Part shown: positions 12,640 through 26,069 of the stretch, in pieces
Layout of the letters: each line of letters starts with the position of its first letter
Position numbering within the stretch: position 1 is the first letter of the stretch
Assembly: GCA_001949185.1 (NCBI GenBank)
Contig: BDGG01000004.1
Location: forward strand, 29,566-93,565
Origin: Ramazzottius varieornatus
Taxonomy: Eukaryota > Animalia > Tardigrada
Length of the DNA stretch: 64,000 bases
Direction of reading: 5' to 3'
The notes under the pieces: model-generated
Database searches by the model: none
Told to the model about the DNA's origin: nothing
The model's input: the letters and a program-made list of their open reading frames with translations, nothing else
Position numbers and translations under genes: made by a program

Positions 12640-14938
12640 CAGTAGAACCTGCGCTACTTCACGCGCGTCACTCGTCGGTTTTCTAAAACTGGCCACTACG
12701 TCAAAACTACTGTTTCTACGTGTGACGTCAGCCAGACTTGCCACAAACTCTACGTCAACAATCGCGAATCAAAATTCGGAAAAACTACGTGTCTTTTAGA
12801 AAACGGGCAATCTTCAGAGTAATTCTCGGCTAACTCCACTTCTTTGTACCGTTCATAGCGAAGCTAGACAGTTCGTTCTGGATTGCTGTCGCTGGGTGGA
12901 GCAAGGAACTATCTGAACTGGATACGGAGCGTGATCGCGAGAACTGCGGGCTGTGCTTTCTGTTGCAGGTTTGTACAATATTGCCAGGAGTGACTTTCAC
13001 GAATATGGATCCGACAACCTAGCTGTCATTTCCGGAGTGAACGCGCGAGACTACTATTGAAAGCTTGGATATTAACTGGATACCCCGTACATGTCACGTA
13101 TCCTGCATGTCACCTTAATGGCCAAAGTCCCTCGGATATCCGGAAAAATTAGAAAGCGTTCAGTTCAATCCTCGAGGCCTGAAACTCGGAGGTTCCATCA
13201 TATCAGCGCCGAGACAAAGCGCCAGATCCTTGTTGACATCGATAGTGGGGTAAGTTACTGACAATTAACTTTCTCAGTGATCTCGCGAAGCAATCTAAAT
13301 AATCAGTTACCTCCAAAACTCTACTTCATAGATGACCGACACGGAAATAGGGGATAAATATGGAACTCATCGTACGAACATACTCAACTACAGAAAGAAG
13401 AGAGATACTGTAGAAAAGAATCTGGAAACGACGAAGCCAGAAGCCACGAGACCTACAAGGTTGAAGTTTCCCGAGATTGATAAGGCCATGATTGAACTCG
13501 TAGATGAAACGCTGGACAAAGGTGGCAACATTACTGGCCGTTTGATACAGCTTCAGGCGCGGAAGTTTGCGCGAGAAAATGATATCCAAAATTTCACAGG
13601 AAGCAATGGTTGGCTCGCCAGCTTTTGTGAAAGACACGACTTGATCTTCAAAGTACTTCAAAGTTTGTGAGTCAGCCCTGCAAGCACATGTAATTGTTCA
13701 ATACAAACTTATTTTGTTTTGCGTTTTCGAAGGTGAAGGCGCGAGTGCGAACTTCGAAGGTTTGCAAGAGTGGTACGATGAGACGCTACCATCCATCCTG
13801 CAGGACTACGCACTCAAAGACGTCATTAACTGCGACGAGCTAGGCTTGAATTATAGCCAACTGCCCAATAAGTCTCTTATCAAAAAATCTCAAGCGAAAC
13901 CGAAAGGCTGCAAACTGAGGAAAGACAGAATAACCGTACTCTTGACGTGCAGCGCAACCGGTGAACGTAAAATGCCCCTAGTGATCGGTACAGCTAAAAA
14001 TCTCCGTCCCTTTGTACAAGCCGGACTGCGTGACGGTCGTACTAAGCACCTGGGTTTTGCGTACAAAAACAATAAGACCGCCTGGATGGATACCGACATC
14101 TTTACCGAATACCTTGAAGAACTGAACACTGACATGATACTTCAAAAACGGTACATCGCGCTTATTCTGGACAATTTCAAGGCTCACAACGTTGCGAGCC
14201 TATCGAATGTCCATCTATACTTCCTACCCCCGAATGTTACGTCCCACGCACAACCGCTCGACGCGGGAATCATAAAAAACTTCAGAGACCATTTCAGAAC
14301 CCTTATGGCGAGCGATCTCTTCAGCAGACTTCGTACGTTTGAGTGCGTTGATGATTACTACAAGGGTGTCACCCTTCTTGAAGCGTGCTTGTGGACAGTC
14401 GAAGCAGATAAAGCAATTACTACCGAAACCCGCGTTAACTGCTTCGCCCAATGTCGTATCGGTTAAAAGATACCAACTGTGACCACCGAAGCTACCGAAG
14501 AAGTTAGTCAACGTGACTGGACAGTAACATTCGACGATGAAGACGACCCGTTCGATTTGGAGTACTAGTTAGTGTCCCCTAACTCGGTCTTACTGTGGCT
14601 GCTCGGAGAACATCAAGTGGACCAAACAGAAATTCTTCTGGTGGCTGACAAGGACCAAGATGTTAATTGTTTCAGGTTTCTAAGATAGTTTTTCGGTGGA
14701 CCAACCTGACAAGTCATTCACCGCTTTTACTTCTGAGTTTTGACTTGCGTCTTAGACCTAAAACAAAAAGTGATCATTCCATTACGAATCGCTTAGTCAA
14801 CGTGCTAAAAAACGATCCGCTGACGTAGAGTTTGTGGCAAGTCTGGCTGACGTCACACGTAGAAACAGTAGTTTTGACGTAGTGGCCAGTTTTAGAAAAC
14901 CGACGAGTGACGCGCGTGAAGTAGCGCAGGTTCTACTG
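12640..14938 (+). mobile_element. pogo/Tigger-family DNA transposon with perfect 118-bp TIRs and a TA target-site duplication
   Basis: 12640-12757 (CAGTAGAACCTGCGC...) is the exact reverse complement of 14821-14938. TA is present at 12638-39 and 14939-40. The element encodes a transposase. Confidence 0.97.
13118..14466 (+). CDS. pogo/Tigger transposase (HTH + CENP-B HTH + DDE_1, DD29D), 3 exons: ~13118-13249, 13332-13662, 13733-14466
   Basis: CENP-B HTH FTGSNGWLASFCERHDL. Catalytic motifs INCDELGL, LILDNFKAH and QPLDAGII, with 29 residues between the second and third Asp. Also KDRITVLLTCSATGE and NKTAWMD. Confidence 0.9.
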
Positions 14939-15728
14939 TATCCTCAAAACTCAACAAATTTGTGGAACTTACAGCTTCGTGCGCGGCTCTAGTCGTTTTT
15001 AGGCATGAATACCCTACATCAAAGCCCCGAAAGTCCGCTTTGTGGTTTTCCAGGTGGTCAAAGTCGATAACGCGCTGTTCCTACAAAAATGGACCGTGAC
15101 GGCGGCGTGCTATGTTTCGACATCGTACAGGGTGGTGAGCATTACTGATTTCTGAGCTCACCAGTTGTCTCAGCTCCGGATCGTCGTACTCCACTCGTCT
15201 TATGCCGATTAAGACCACTTTATGGAATGGCTTGAGTCTTACCAGCTTTCTGACCAATGCATTTCCAGTTCCTCCCATTGCTCCTAAGATGAAGCAAGAC
15301 TTGTCAGCGGCCTGACGAAACTGTTTGATCAAGTCCATGGGGGTGTCTGACGGAAGGCGACGCTCCGTTGAGGTGTTCTGCTAGGCTCCGTGCGACTGGT
15401 GATCAAAGCGAGTCCGTGCTAGTGGAGTAATCCTGTTGGAACAACTCGGGGCTAGAAGGGGGTCTTGGAATGACATGACCCTCGAGACGGAAATGAAGAC
15501 TAATGATCGCTTGATTTGGACTCTGTTCAATCAACGGTAAGACAGGCGGAACAATGAAGTGAGTCAGGAAACTCCGCTATGACATCACTGCGGTGCCTGT
15601 GCAGCTTGAGTGGCTATCAGCATCCTCCGCTTCCCGATAGTAGTACCTTAACAGAGTTCCGGGCACGAGCTTCACTTTCTGCAGACGAAGCCTGCTGTTT
15701 AGCACGCATTCCTCCATGTTTAGCTTCA

Positions 15729-15827
15729 AGAAGTCTTTTCGACCCGCTTTTCTCCTGCTTATTTGGACCCGCCTCTCATCTGTGAAATCGGAGGGCTGAC
15801 TGGTGGATGTAGAAACTGTCGAAGAAG
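15729..15827 (+). repeat. Diverged duplicate of the cyclin C 5' leader (10287-10392) with the ATG lost
   Basis: AGAAGTCTTTTCGACC..CCTGCTTATT.GGA..CTCATC.GTG..TCGGA.GG.TGACT..TAGAA.CTGT.GA.GA aligns co-linearly at both sites. Confidence 0.75.
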
Positions 15828-16213
15828 TTCGAGCGAGAACTGAGGAGCCAACTTCGACAAGGAAGAATGCCGTGCCGCCGATAAACGTCATCCCGCACGA
15901 CGATCGGAAGGTCGCCTGATGCACGGACTGAGGGTTTGTGCAGCGTTGGCACCGCCAAGACATGATTCAATTTCACTCGAATGCGAACTGATGCTTAACA
16001 CTTAACACTCTTCCTACTGCTAACATGGCGGAAATGTTCAACAGACCGATAATTCAAGTCACCAATGAACAGTCAAAACACAGAGCGAAATGAAGGATGA
16101 AACCAATAAGAAAACGCACTCTTTCAACGGATGTTCTTACAACGAAAGACTGGCTTTCCGCTAAAACGAGACCAGATAACTGACTTGAATTCCGACTCTT
16201 TCCAACGTCATGT

Positions 16214-17487
<1,274 letters not shown>

Positions 17488-19208
17488 CGATTTAATAGTT
17501 GTAGATCCGATGGGAATAAACTTTATTATGGGAATGTTAGATCGAAAATTGAGAACGATCGATTCATCATGGTACGCCAACTGGTTATTTCGTTGCTCCG
17601 TTGATTGAAAAACTTCAACTTACTCTTGATTGCTCGAACATTTTACATATGTATCATATAGGCGAACCAAAGTACTCCGGATTTGAAGCCCGACTGACCA
17701 GTGTCCGAGTTACCCACTCCTACCTCCGTTGCCAACTCGCCGCGCCTTATGTTGCAGGTGGTACCAGCATCCAAATACCACCTGCCAGCTACGATCACCG
17801 GATCGCTGCTGACGACTTTGTCATCGACCGGGAATGATTGTTTGAGTTTGGCATCTGAAAAGCCCGGAGCGGACACCCGTCGGCGTAAAGCAGAGTTTCT
17901 AGCCAGAAGGTAGTACTGTTTGTCCGCAGGCTCCACTGACCTAGAGCTAAAGAACATCAAAACTTCCTCATCAATTTTCATCGACCATTTCACAGCGTCA
18001 CACATGTACGTGGCTCGTCAGTTTCCTTACACGTACAATGATTATTGTACATTATTATGTCGGCGTCCTAGTAAATTCTTTATTTTGTTTTTTAATCAGT
18101 TGCGCCCCGTATCGATTCTCAATATCCGGTTTTTGGATGCGAGTATCACAATGTGTGCTCAAATATTCATTTGCGTTTGTTACAGAAGGTTTCCGTAGGT
18201 CGATGCTGCAGCGATCAGGTTCGATCACGCTGTCTAATTGATGCGCCGGAAACCGATCTTCGATAAGAATACCAGATCTCCTCGTCCTTGTTGACAAATG
18301 GTGGAATTCTCCGAAGGTACGTACCTGTCATTCCATTTCATTACCATTTGCGTAGGGCAGCTGCGAGCTCTCGTCTTCCTGGGTGTTGCGATAATCCAGA
18401 GCCGTCAAATAGCTCTTCGACGTCTGGGTTGCTGTGGCTTGCACTTGACATTGACGTTGAGGTACATTAAGTCCTCAAATTAGTTGGCACAAAAACGTTT
18501 CATTTTTATAAATAGCCCGCAATCAGTTTTTTCGTCGGCTGGCACTTCGACATCTCCCTACCACAACATCCACCAGTTCTTTGCGTGTAGGGTCTGACAT
18601 TTCTGGGCTTCGTCGAAAGGTGATTACAGACGTCAAGCGTCTAACGTACAGAGAGCAGCTTTCTATGATGTATATCCGGTCGGTGAACAGGAAGCCACAC
18701 ATTGATATCCCATAGGATCAGTTTTTTGTTCATAGCGATCAGCACCCAGTTGTGAGTTCTTTATGGCGCTTGACAGAATAGAGCGTATTATTATTGCTAC
18801 CGTCTGCCGCAAATCGATATCGTGATCGGCTCTTGCGCCGCCAACTGATCCGCTCGTCATTCGTTGGATAAAGTATACCGGTGTCGATGCTGATGCGTTG
18901 CAAACATGAGCGCTCGAGTATCCGTCATGTTTGACTCCCAAATTTACCTTCGATCAAGAACAGCGAGCTTCGGAGGATAGTCAGAGTTTGTTTACAACGA
19001 ACGTGTTCGGGTAATTCTGAGCCATTAAACAATGGCCGCAAATCAACTCTGATGGGGTTGTCCGCTGTGCAGTTCAATTAACTTTGTGTTTATGCTGACG
19101 TCGGCATCACAAGTGAGAATCGGGCTGGGAAACCAACAGTGGCGCTATTGTCACAAACGAGTTGCCTCAAAAGCGCGAAAGTGAACCTTTGTGACGTTTT
19201 CGCGGCAT

Positions 19209-21054
19209 ATGCACCATGTTGCCTGGAAGCTTTCGCGTGATTGCCAATCTTACTGTTGCCCTACCTATTCCAGGTGTACGAAACTCCCGATGAAGATGTT
19301 TCCCGTTCCAAGGTGTCAACTTCGACGATGTGCGAAATCCGTCAGATGGAAAGTAGACGACGCCGAACGTGCCTATCGGTCCTTGGCCACCGTTGCTCAG
19401 ACCTCATCCTCACCGTTCAGCACATTGCTCAAGAACCTGAAGCCTGATGCATCATACCACCACCACCACACCGTTATTTCTTCCTGCCACCAAGTCTTTG
19501 AAATGAAACCCGGACAACAGAAGCTGCTTTCGCGTGGCTTCGCCACAGCACAGCTGAAAGGTAACGTTCGACAGAAAGAAAATCTGACGGACAAGACCTC
19601 CGACCAAAGTACGAAGGCCAATAGGACGGAAACCGCGCTAGTCGACGTTATCCAACAGGCATGTAAGCATCGAACTAGTCCTAATTGTCTGCAATAACGG
19701 CATTACTACCCTATCCGTCACAACGTTAGATTTATACGAGTGGCCACACTATCATTACTACAGCACAGCAGCCGTGCAGACTCAACAAATCAAGCAAGTT
19801 TGACAAGGGGTGGGGGACTGATGCCGCTATTGCATTCTTCAGTGTTGGCGGTTCATATTATTTAGTTTTATTGAATATTGGGTTCCTTTCTGGTCTAGGG
19901 TGCGTTGACGGACGAGGAAGTAAAGCAAAGGGAATACATCCGAGCGCTGGTATCGCAACTGTACATGGCACTCAACGTTCCCGAAACCTACCAGCAGGAT
20001 ATGGAGAATATGCAGAATCAGCTGGATGAGATAAAGGCCGCGCTAAAGCCGTTAGAGGAGGTTCGACGAGCTCTCGTGTTGACTTACAACCATTGTGTGC
20101 TCAGCTGTGGCATTTTGAGCCCGTCAGCGAAACATGAGGCCGACTAGGTATCCCTGCTCTAATGATTTATGGATTTTGTAGGAGAAGCTCAGGCTATTAA
20201 TACGAGCGGAACGACGGAGTAAAGTGCTGGCGTGGGCTGGCCTGGGCTTTATGGGGACGCAATTTGGCTTTCTGGCACGATTAACCTGGTGGGAATACTC
20301 ATGGTAAGCCACTTCCTGATCACTTCACCACTCACACGAACCCGATCGCGAATAGAGAATCTAAACAGGCGACGAATGAGACTTGCGAGATCGTCATGTC
20401 GAGTGGCGCAGGGATTAATTGCTATTGGCTGGATGCGTGCGCCTCTTGAAATAACGAGCTTGTACATTTCGTTTGCCGGCCTTCGAAGAAGTTGTGGAAG
20501 CGGTAAAACAAAAATAGTGGATGAATAGAAAAACAAAGGTTGCTCTTTCAGGGACATCATTGAGCCCGTGACGTATTTCGTGACCTATGGGACGGCCATG
20601 GTTCTGTACTCGTACTTCTTGGTTACACGCCAAGTAAGTTTCATTGCATGAGCGGAATGGGACATTCGGCTACCACACTAATAGCACCGATAATCGTTCA
20701 TGTAAATGTGTCCATTTGTCGGTCCGACATGAGTGCCGTATTTGTCTAGTTGTTGTTTAGTCGTCTGAAACTGGATTAATGGTATGCAATCATGTTTGTT
20801 TTGGGATATTGCAGGATACGAATTTTCCAGCTATGACGGAACGGTGGACAGCCGTTGCATTCCATAAGAAAGCAAGAAAATCCAAATGGGAAATGAACCG
20901 GTACATTGAACTAAGGGGTAGATTGGCCAAATTGCAGACGGACTTGGAGCGGATGAATGTGTCTAAGTTTACCAAAACATCGAAGCTGACGACCACTGGG
21001 GAAGGTCTGCGCGAATCGGCAGGGACAGCAAAAGCTTCGGATTCAACAAGCTGA
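19209..21054 (+). CDS. MCU: Mitochondrial calcium uniporter (MCU-family) protein, about 6 exons; start codon uncertain
   Basis: Coiled coil [11 protein letters not shown]...[15 protein letters not shown]1 [25 protein letters not shown], filter WDIIEP, TM2 [22 protein letters not shown], a C-terminal coiled coil, and an Arg-rich presequence-like N-terminus. Confidence 0.88.
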
Positions 21055-24000
21055 CACGAAACCACTTGTTTCGGTTGTCTTTTGATTTGGTTTTCGCACG
21101 CACGTGCCTTTAAGGGACACATTATCAAGGTGATTGGTTATCCGGTTGTGTCTTCGCTTTCAAAGTCTTGACTACGATCAGAGCAACTTCTATTTTAGGG
21201 GCAGTTTTAGGACCGATAGATGTCTCTTGTTTTAGTAATCGTTTTGCACGGTAACATTCCGGTTTGATCTGTACCTCATCGTGAAAACTCTTGCAATATT
21301 CTCAACCAGGTAGATGAACGATCACAGTCTGTTTAGCGATGAAGTAAAGCCACGGAGAACCACGCTCGTTCGTGCGGGTGCCTGTCGGGTGTTCTCCAGA
21401 CTTTTGTAGGAGATACAGTAGATGTACGTAGCCTACAGGGGGCGCAGCGAGTTGCCGGAACAAGGCCTTCATATTCGTCCGGACGCCACCTATGGCGGCA
21501 GGTATCCTTGAACTTGACTTTACGCTTGTAGTCGTAGACCACGTATTTCGCCTCGACCATTCCAAAGTCGATCTATCCGGCCCCAGAACTCCTGGCAATA
21601 AAGTCCCCAAATAATGCCTTTGATAGACATCTTTTCGTTTGTTTGTACACTCGAACATAGACCGGTTCTCCATACGTGGATCAATATGTGATTCTTGGCT
21701 TCTGTTGCAACCAGTTCCGACTACCCAGGTATTTTTCTTTGCGAACGACACCAGATGAAGTGTTGGGTAACCAGTCCTCAGGTTAGCTTCCGTATGCACG
21801 CCGCGCCCATACAGCTCTATTGTGATTTATCAGCGATATAAGCAAATTTAGTACGATAAGCTATCCTTTGAACAGACGGGGTTGTCGTAATATCTTGCCC
21901 CTGTGGATTCCCCGAAATTTTTCTCTTTGCGAATATTTTTGGTGCCACTTCGGGGTTCGGTGATGCATGTCTCATTAAGTGATAAACATGCGCGACTTTA
22001 ACATTGTTATGGCTGTTGATTAGTGTCCCCTGCTGAGACTCACCTGTCCGTCAAGACTGCAAACGTGGATTGTATCCTTTACTGAGTTGATGGCATAACG
22101 CCATACCACCACCACCTGCCCATGCCATAAAACGAAAACTTTCGCGACTGGGAACTCGAGTTTAGTATACAGCGCAGATTCAGCTTGCCGCATGTCGGCG
22201 ACGAGAACCAGCATGTTTAAGCGGTTAATGTTCTCGCCCTGCGAGATGGCACGCCGGGTGTTATTTTCATAACGTTTTTCCGTGATCCCCGACATACGTT
22301 ACCCACGCCACGAGTTGTGTAACGGTACTCGAAGTTTACTATAATTGCAGACGTTCAATCATACAGCCTGAGGGGGCCAAGTGACTACCACCTGTAAAAT
22401 TAGGCCGTTCTCGACTGGGTTCTCGCTCATCTACGAAACCAGTTTTTCTTGGTTTAAAATCCTTTTGATACCTTCTGAAAAATTGCTGACCAGAAATCCG
22501 TTTACCAGGAGCTGAAATCAGCATAAAACCATGCACGGTGAGAAGTGGAAATTGCTCCCAACTTTCGTACTTTTTAGGGTCCTTTTCTAAGATTTATTTC
22601 TCAGTTTTCCATTGAAGACGTGCGCTAACGTTGCTCAAAACAGTTAGAACAGGCACTGAGCGACATAAAAAGTGGTTGAAAGCGCATATCTATTGTTCAG
22701 GACAAGAGTAGCAATTTCTGCCGCAAAAGACGGTTCCCGGCAAGATGGCCAAATTTAACGGTTTTAATTCACCTGCCAAGTCTTTTTTGGCATTTGTCTG
22801 ATATTTTCTAATTCTGAAAGACAATCTAGATAGTCCTGCGTGCGTTGTCATTGAGATAAAAGCTTGATCATCGACTATAAAAATTTAGAGAGAACGTTTT
22901 GTTCTGAATGAAGTACCTTCCTCACCGGAAGTCATACTGATCAGCTTTTCCGAACCATTCTCAACCAATATGAGTAAACTATACTTCATTGGGAACAGCA
23001 TGAAAAGCTGTATGGAAAATGTGAAGGAATGGGCGGAAAACACGAAAACTGATTTTCACAGTGCATTGTTTCAGGTGGTAGTCACTTGGTCTCTCAGGCT
23101 GTACATAATCATAGAAATTCTTTGTTACAACTACCTAACTTTGTTGCCGTGCGTATTTCGACAGCTAAGTCTTTTTCTTGATTTTTTCTCCGGCAATATC
23201 GATCTGAAGTTGGACAGAACACCAGCATCTTTTGAAACGTTTTACTTTTAAAGTCCGTTCGCTTGGACGGAACCTGCCCACATTACGGACACTGTATCTG
23301 CGAAACAGCTTGCACTATCCGTCTCATCCTGCGGTACACATTGCGATACTATGCAGTATACTTTTTATCAAGCGTTTAATTGCCAGCCGGGCCTCCCTTT
23401 ATCCATGTGATCCGCCCGGTTACTTTGCACGTCTCGCATGACTGCGTGTAATCGAATAACGTAAGTACCAACCTTCTCTTTCATGGATTTTTGCCTGTAA
23501 GTCTGCTCATAGACGATCGTTGAAGGCAGCAAACTTTTAAGGGTTCTGAGATTCGGCACTAATATTCTTCCCGACAATTTGTGAAATAAATGACGGTGAA
23601 AGTCTTGTGTGCTTAGCGCGCCACCTGTTGGTCTGCGTATTGTACAATTATTATTGATAATTGTGGTAGTGTTGGATGATGGGTCGCTGTCAGAATGCTA
23701 AATGGCGTCGACGTGACATGTTGTTCAATTATGGATGACAAGGATAATTTCTGTGGAAAAGCGATTACTTGACAAAGCCAATCATTCATCCCACGGTCTC
23801 ATCCCTGGGATTAACGCCCCATGTCAAGCTGCTCATTGTCCCTTAAGCACGGCAGGAACTCGAAGAACCTCCGGCTTGCCGGTTTTTGACGTCTAGCCTC
23901 CAGAATATGATCCCACACCTCCAAAAACCTTTAACGCTTGAAAACTATGCCAACTACCTAGCAGAGAGGCTACAACTGAAAGTAGAAAAACTTGCTGACT

Positions 24001-26069
24001 ACGAACAACGTGGCAAGGGTGCCGCTCACGCACTAACATTCAAGAACGTTGCCCAAATTTTTCGACTTGAAAAGTCGAAGCATTTCAACCGTCAACAGAT
24101 CGAGAATGAGTTTGCATCCAGACACACCAGAAAGCCTTGCAAGCTGATAAATACCCACACTGAAATTTTGTTGGTTTTGTTGGTTTCTAATTTCGAATAA
24201 GTCGCATTTGCCGTGCATGCTGTATGGTCGGTTATCTGTATATAGGAGCAGAAGCACATGAAAGTAGTTGAAAGCACAGCAGTCAGCAAACGTTCTCGGT
24301 GGCTTGTCCTGTCGAGTAATCAAGCCGCAAGTGTACCGAACGAGTTAGCGGAGAGGCGAGGGGAGGGGAGGAAGAAGACGAATCCAGCTGGGATGGTCGG
24401 TCGAAGTTGGAAGCCGGTCATAAACAGGGATAAGGGCGCGCGAGAGTATTCCTCTCGAAAGCATTCCTGGGGGAATCGACAAGTTGTAACACAGTAACTA
24501 ACTGCAGTGCATATATTGAGTAATTCGCCAAATGACTCTCTTGGCGTATCTCCACAACTATCTTGTTTGCCAAGGCATTCGCTGACAAAATCAACGATCA
24601 ATATGCGGATATGCATGCATACTTGCTCCCTTCCTTCCTCCTGCTCCTCCCGAAGGATGGTATGCTGAAGAAAGAGGAGGAATTCGCCGAAGGAAGAGGC
24701 TGATGATCAGGAGGATCCTAGAGCAAATCGGCCAGTTGGAAAATGTTAAACAATTACCATTGATTAGGAGCAATACCCGATGATACCACGAACATCTTCA
24801 GCCGAGCTCTACCTCCGCCTGTTTCTCGTCTTGTGCTTCCTTGGCCCATTTCGTTCCCCGATGTCACATGTGTATAATCTGTGAAAATAAAAATCTTGTG
24901 ATGGCATCGACATGAATGTAATAGACCGGTGTTTATGCCCCTCCCCCAATGAGGCTCTAAGGTAAAGGCAAGAATATAGGTTGTGAATGCAAGGTACAGT
25001 GTATTCCACGCGAAGCTGGTCAAATGAAATATCGTGGTAAATTGGTAAATGAGTCTGTCCTACGTCCTGGTCGTAGCAAAAAGCCCATAAGTCTTTGCAA
25101 AACCTTTCGTACAATTCATTCAATCGAGTGGGATATTTGTCCTTGAAGCACCCTAAACACGTCTCGGAAGTTTGTGGTTTCGAATGGAACCAAACTTTAG
25201 TGTCCGATAGTCGCAGTTGTGATGGATAGCGTCCAGTCCCGCCTCGCCGTTTTACGCTGGCCATAAAACCAGTGCGCATATAACGCCGCAACAGGGTCTT
25301 CCTTCCTGCCAACTTGCTCGGCACAGGAAGAGCGGCTTGGAGACTGTGGGTACACTGCCATGATGGCCATTGTGTGGTTTACCATAGGAAATTAACAAGT
25401 GTGCGCAGTGTGCCTTGTGCATGCATGTCTCTCAATCTGTCCCATCGATATATCGGCAGATTCACTGTAACCATATAACGAACTTGGGCTTTTCTTAGAG
25501 CATACAAGTGGCCACATGAACAAAGTCACCCTCCCTTTCCTCTTCCTTGCAAGATATTACGCTCCAGTCAGCCAGAAAAAGGAATCTTTACGCTTTTGCC
25601 CCCTTTCGTCAGCAGCAGCATCCTCTGTACGTGCATGCGCACTTTGAATATTCCAGGCACAAGGATGTGAAAAAGGGAGCTACCACCGCCCCGACGTCGA
25701 CCACTAATGTCAAGACAGCAGATAATGGCCATTATTTATCTTCACCGTCCTTCTGCTGCAACATACTTGCTATCTCGCTCTGATTATCGGTAACGAACTG
25801 GGCCACTTCTTCATCTCTCGTCCTTGCTCGCGTTTCTTCCACCTGTAATCACCCTCCTTTTTTCCACGCTCTAATTACGTCACAGGCATGTAATTTGCAG
25901 CTGTTTTTCTTTTGCTACTTCTTTCGTGGAAGACAACCGTGAAATGGCGACGGGTTTTCCAGACGCTCCCCTTCTGTGACCTTTCGACCATCCATTCTTC
26001 CTCCGTTTCTTCGCCCTACTCGTCCTTCACTGGGACTGTTTGCATCTGTGATACGGGGCAACCGACAAA

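Larger units (their letters stand above)
11870..15338 (-). pseudogene. HTATIP2: TIP30/HTATIP2 paralog, probably pseudogenised; a transposon sits in intron 2
   Basis: Exon-by-exon homolog of the gene at 16214-17487. It has an in-frame TAG at 12376-12378 (EGGL*HLHLV versus EGGLQHFHLV). The nucleotide-binding motif is GAMGGTG versus GATGESG, and CLGTT has become CLKTT. Confidence 0.8.

Noticed and set aside
17640-18950. Short ORFs between TIP30 and MCU
   Set aside because: No motif, TIR or exon structure identified.
21302-25324. ORFs 21302-21799, 23886-24200 and 24809-25324 upstream of VAChT
   Set aside because: Fragmentary with no identifiable family; they may be TE relics. A profile search is needed.
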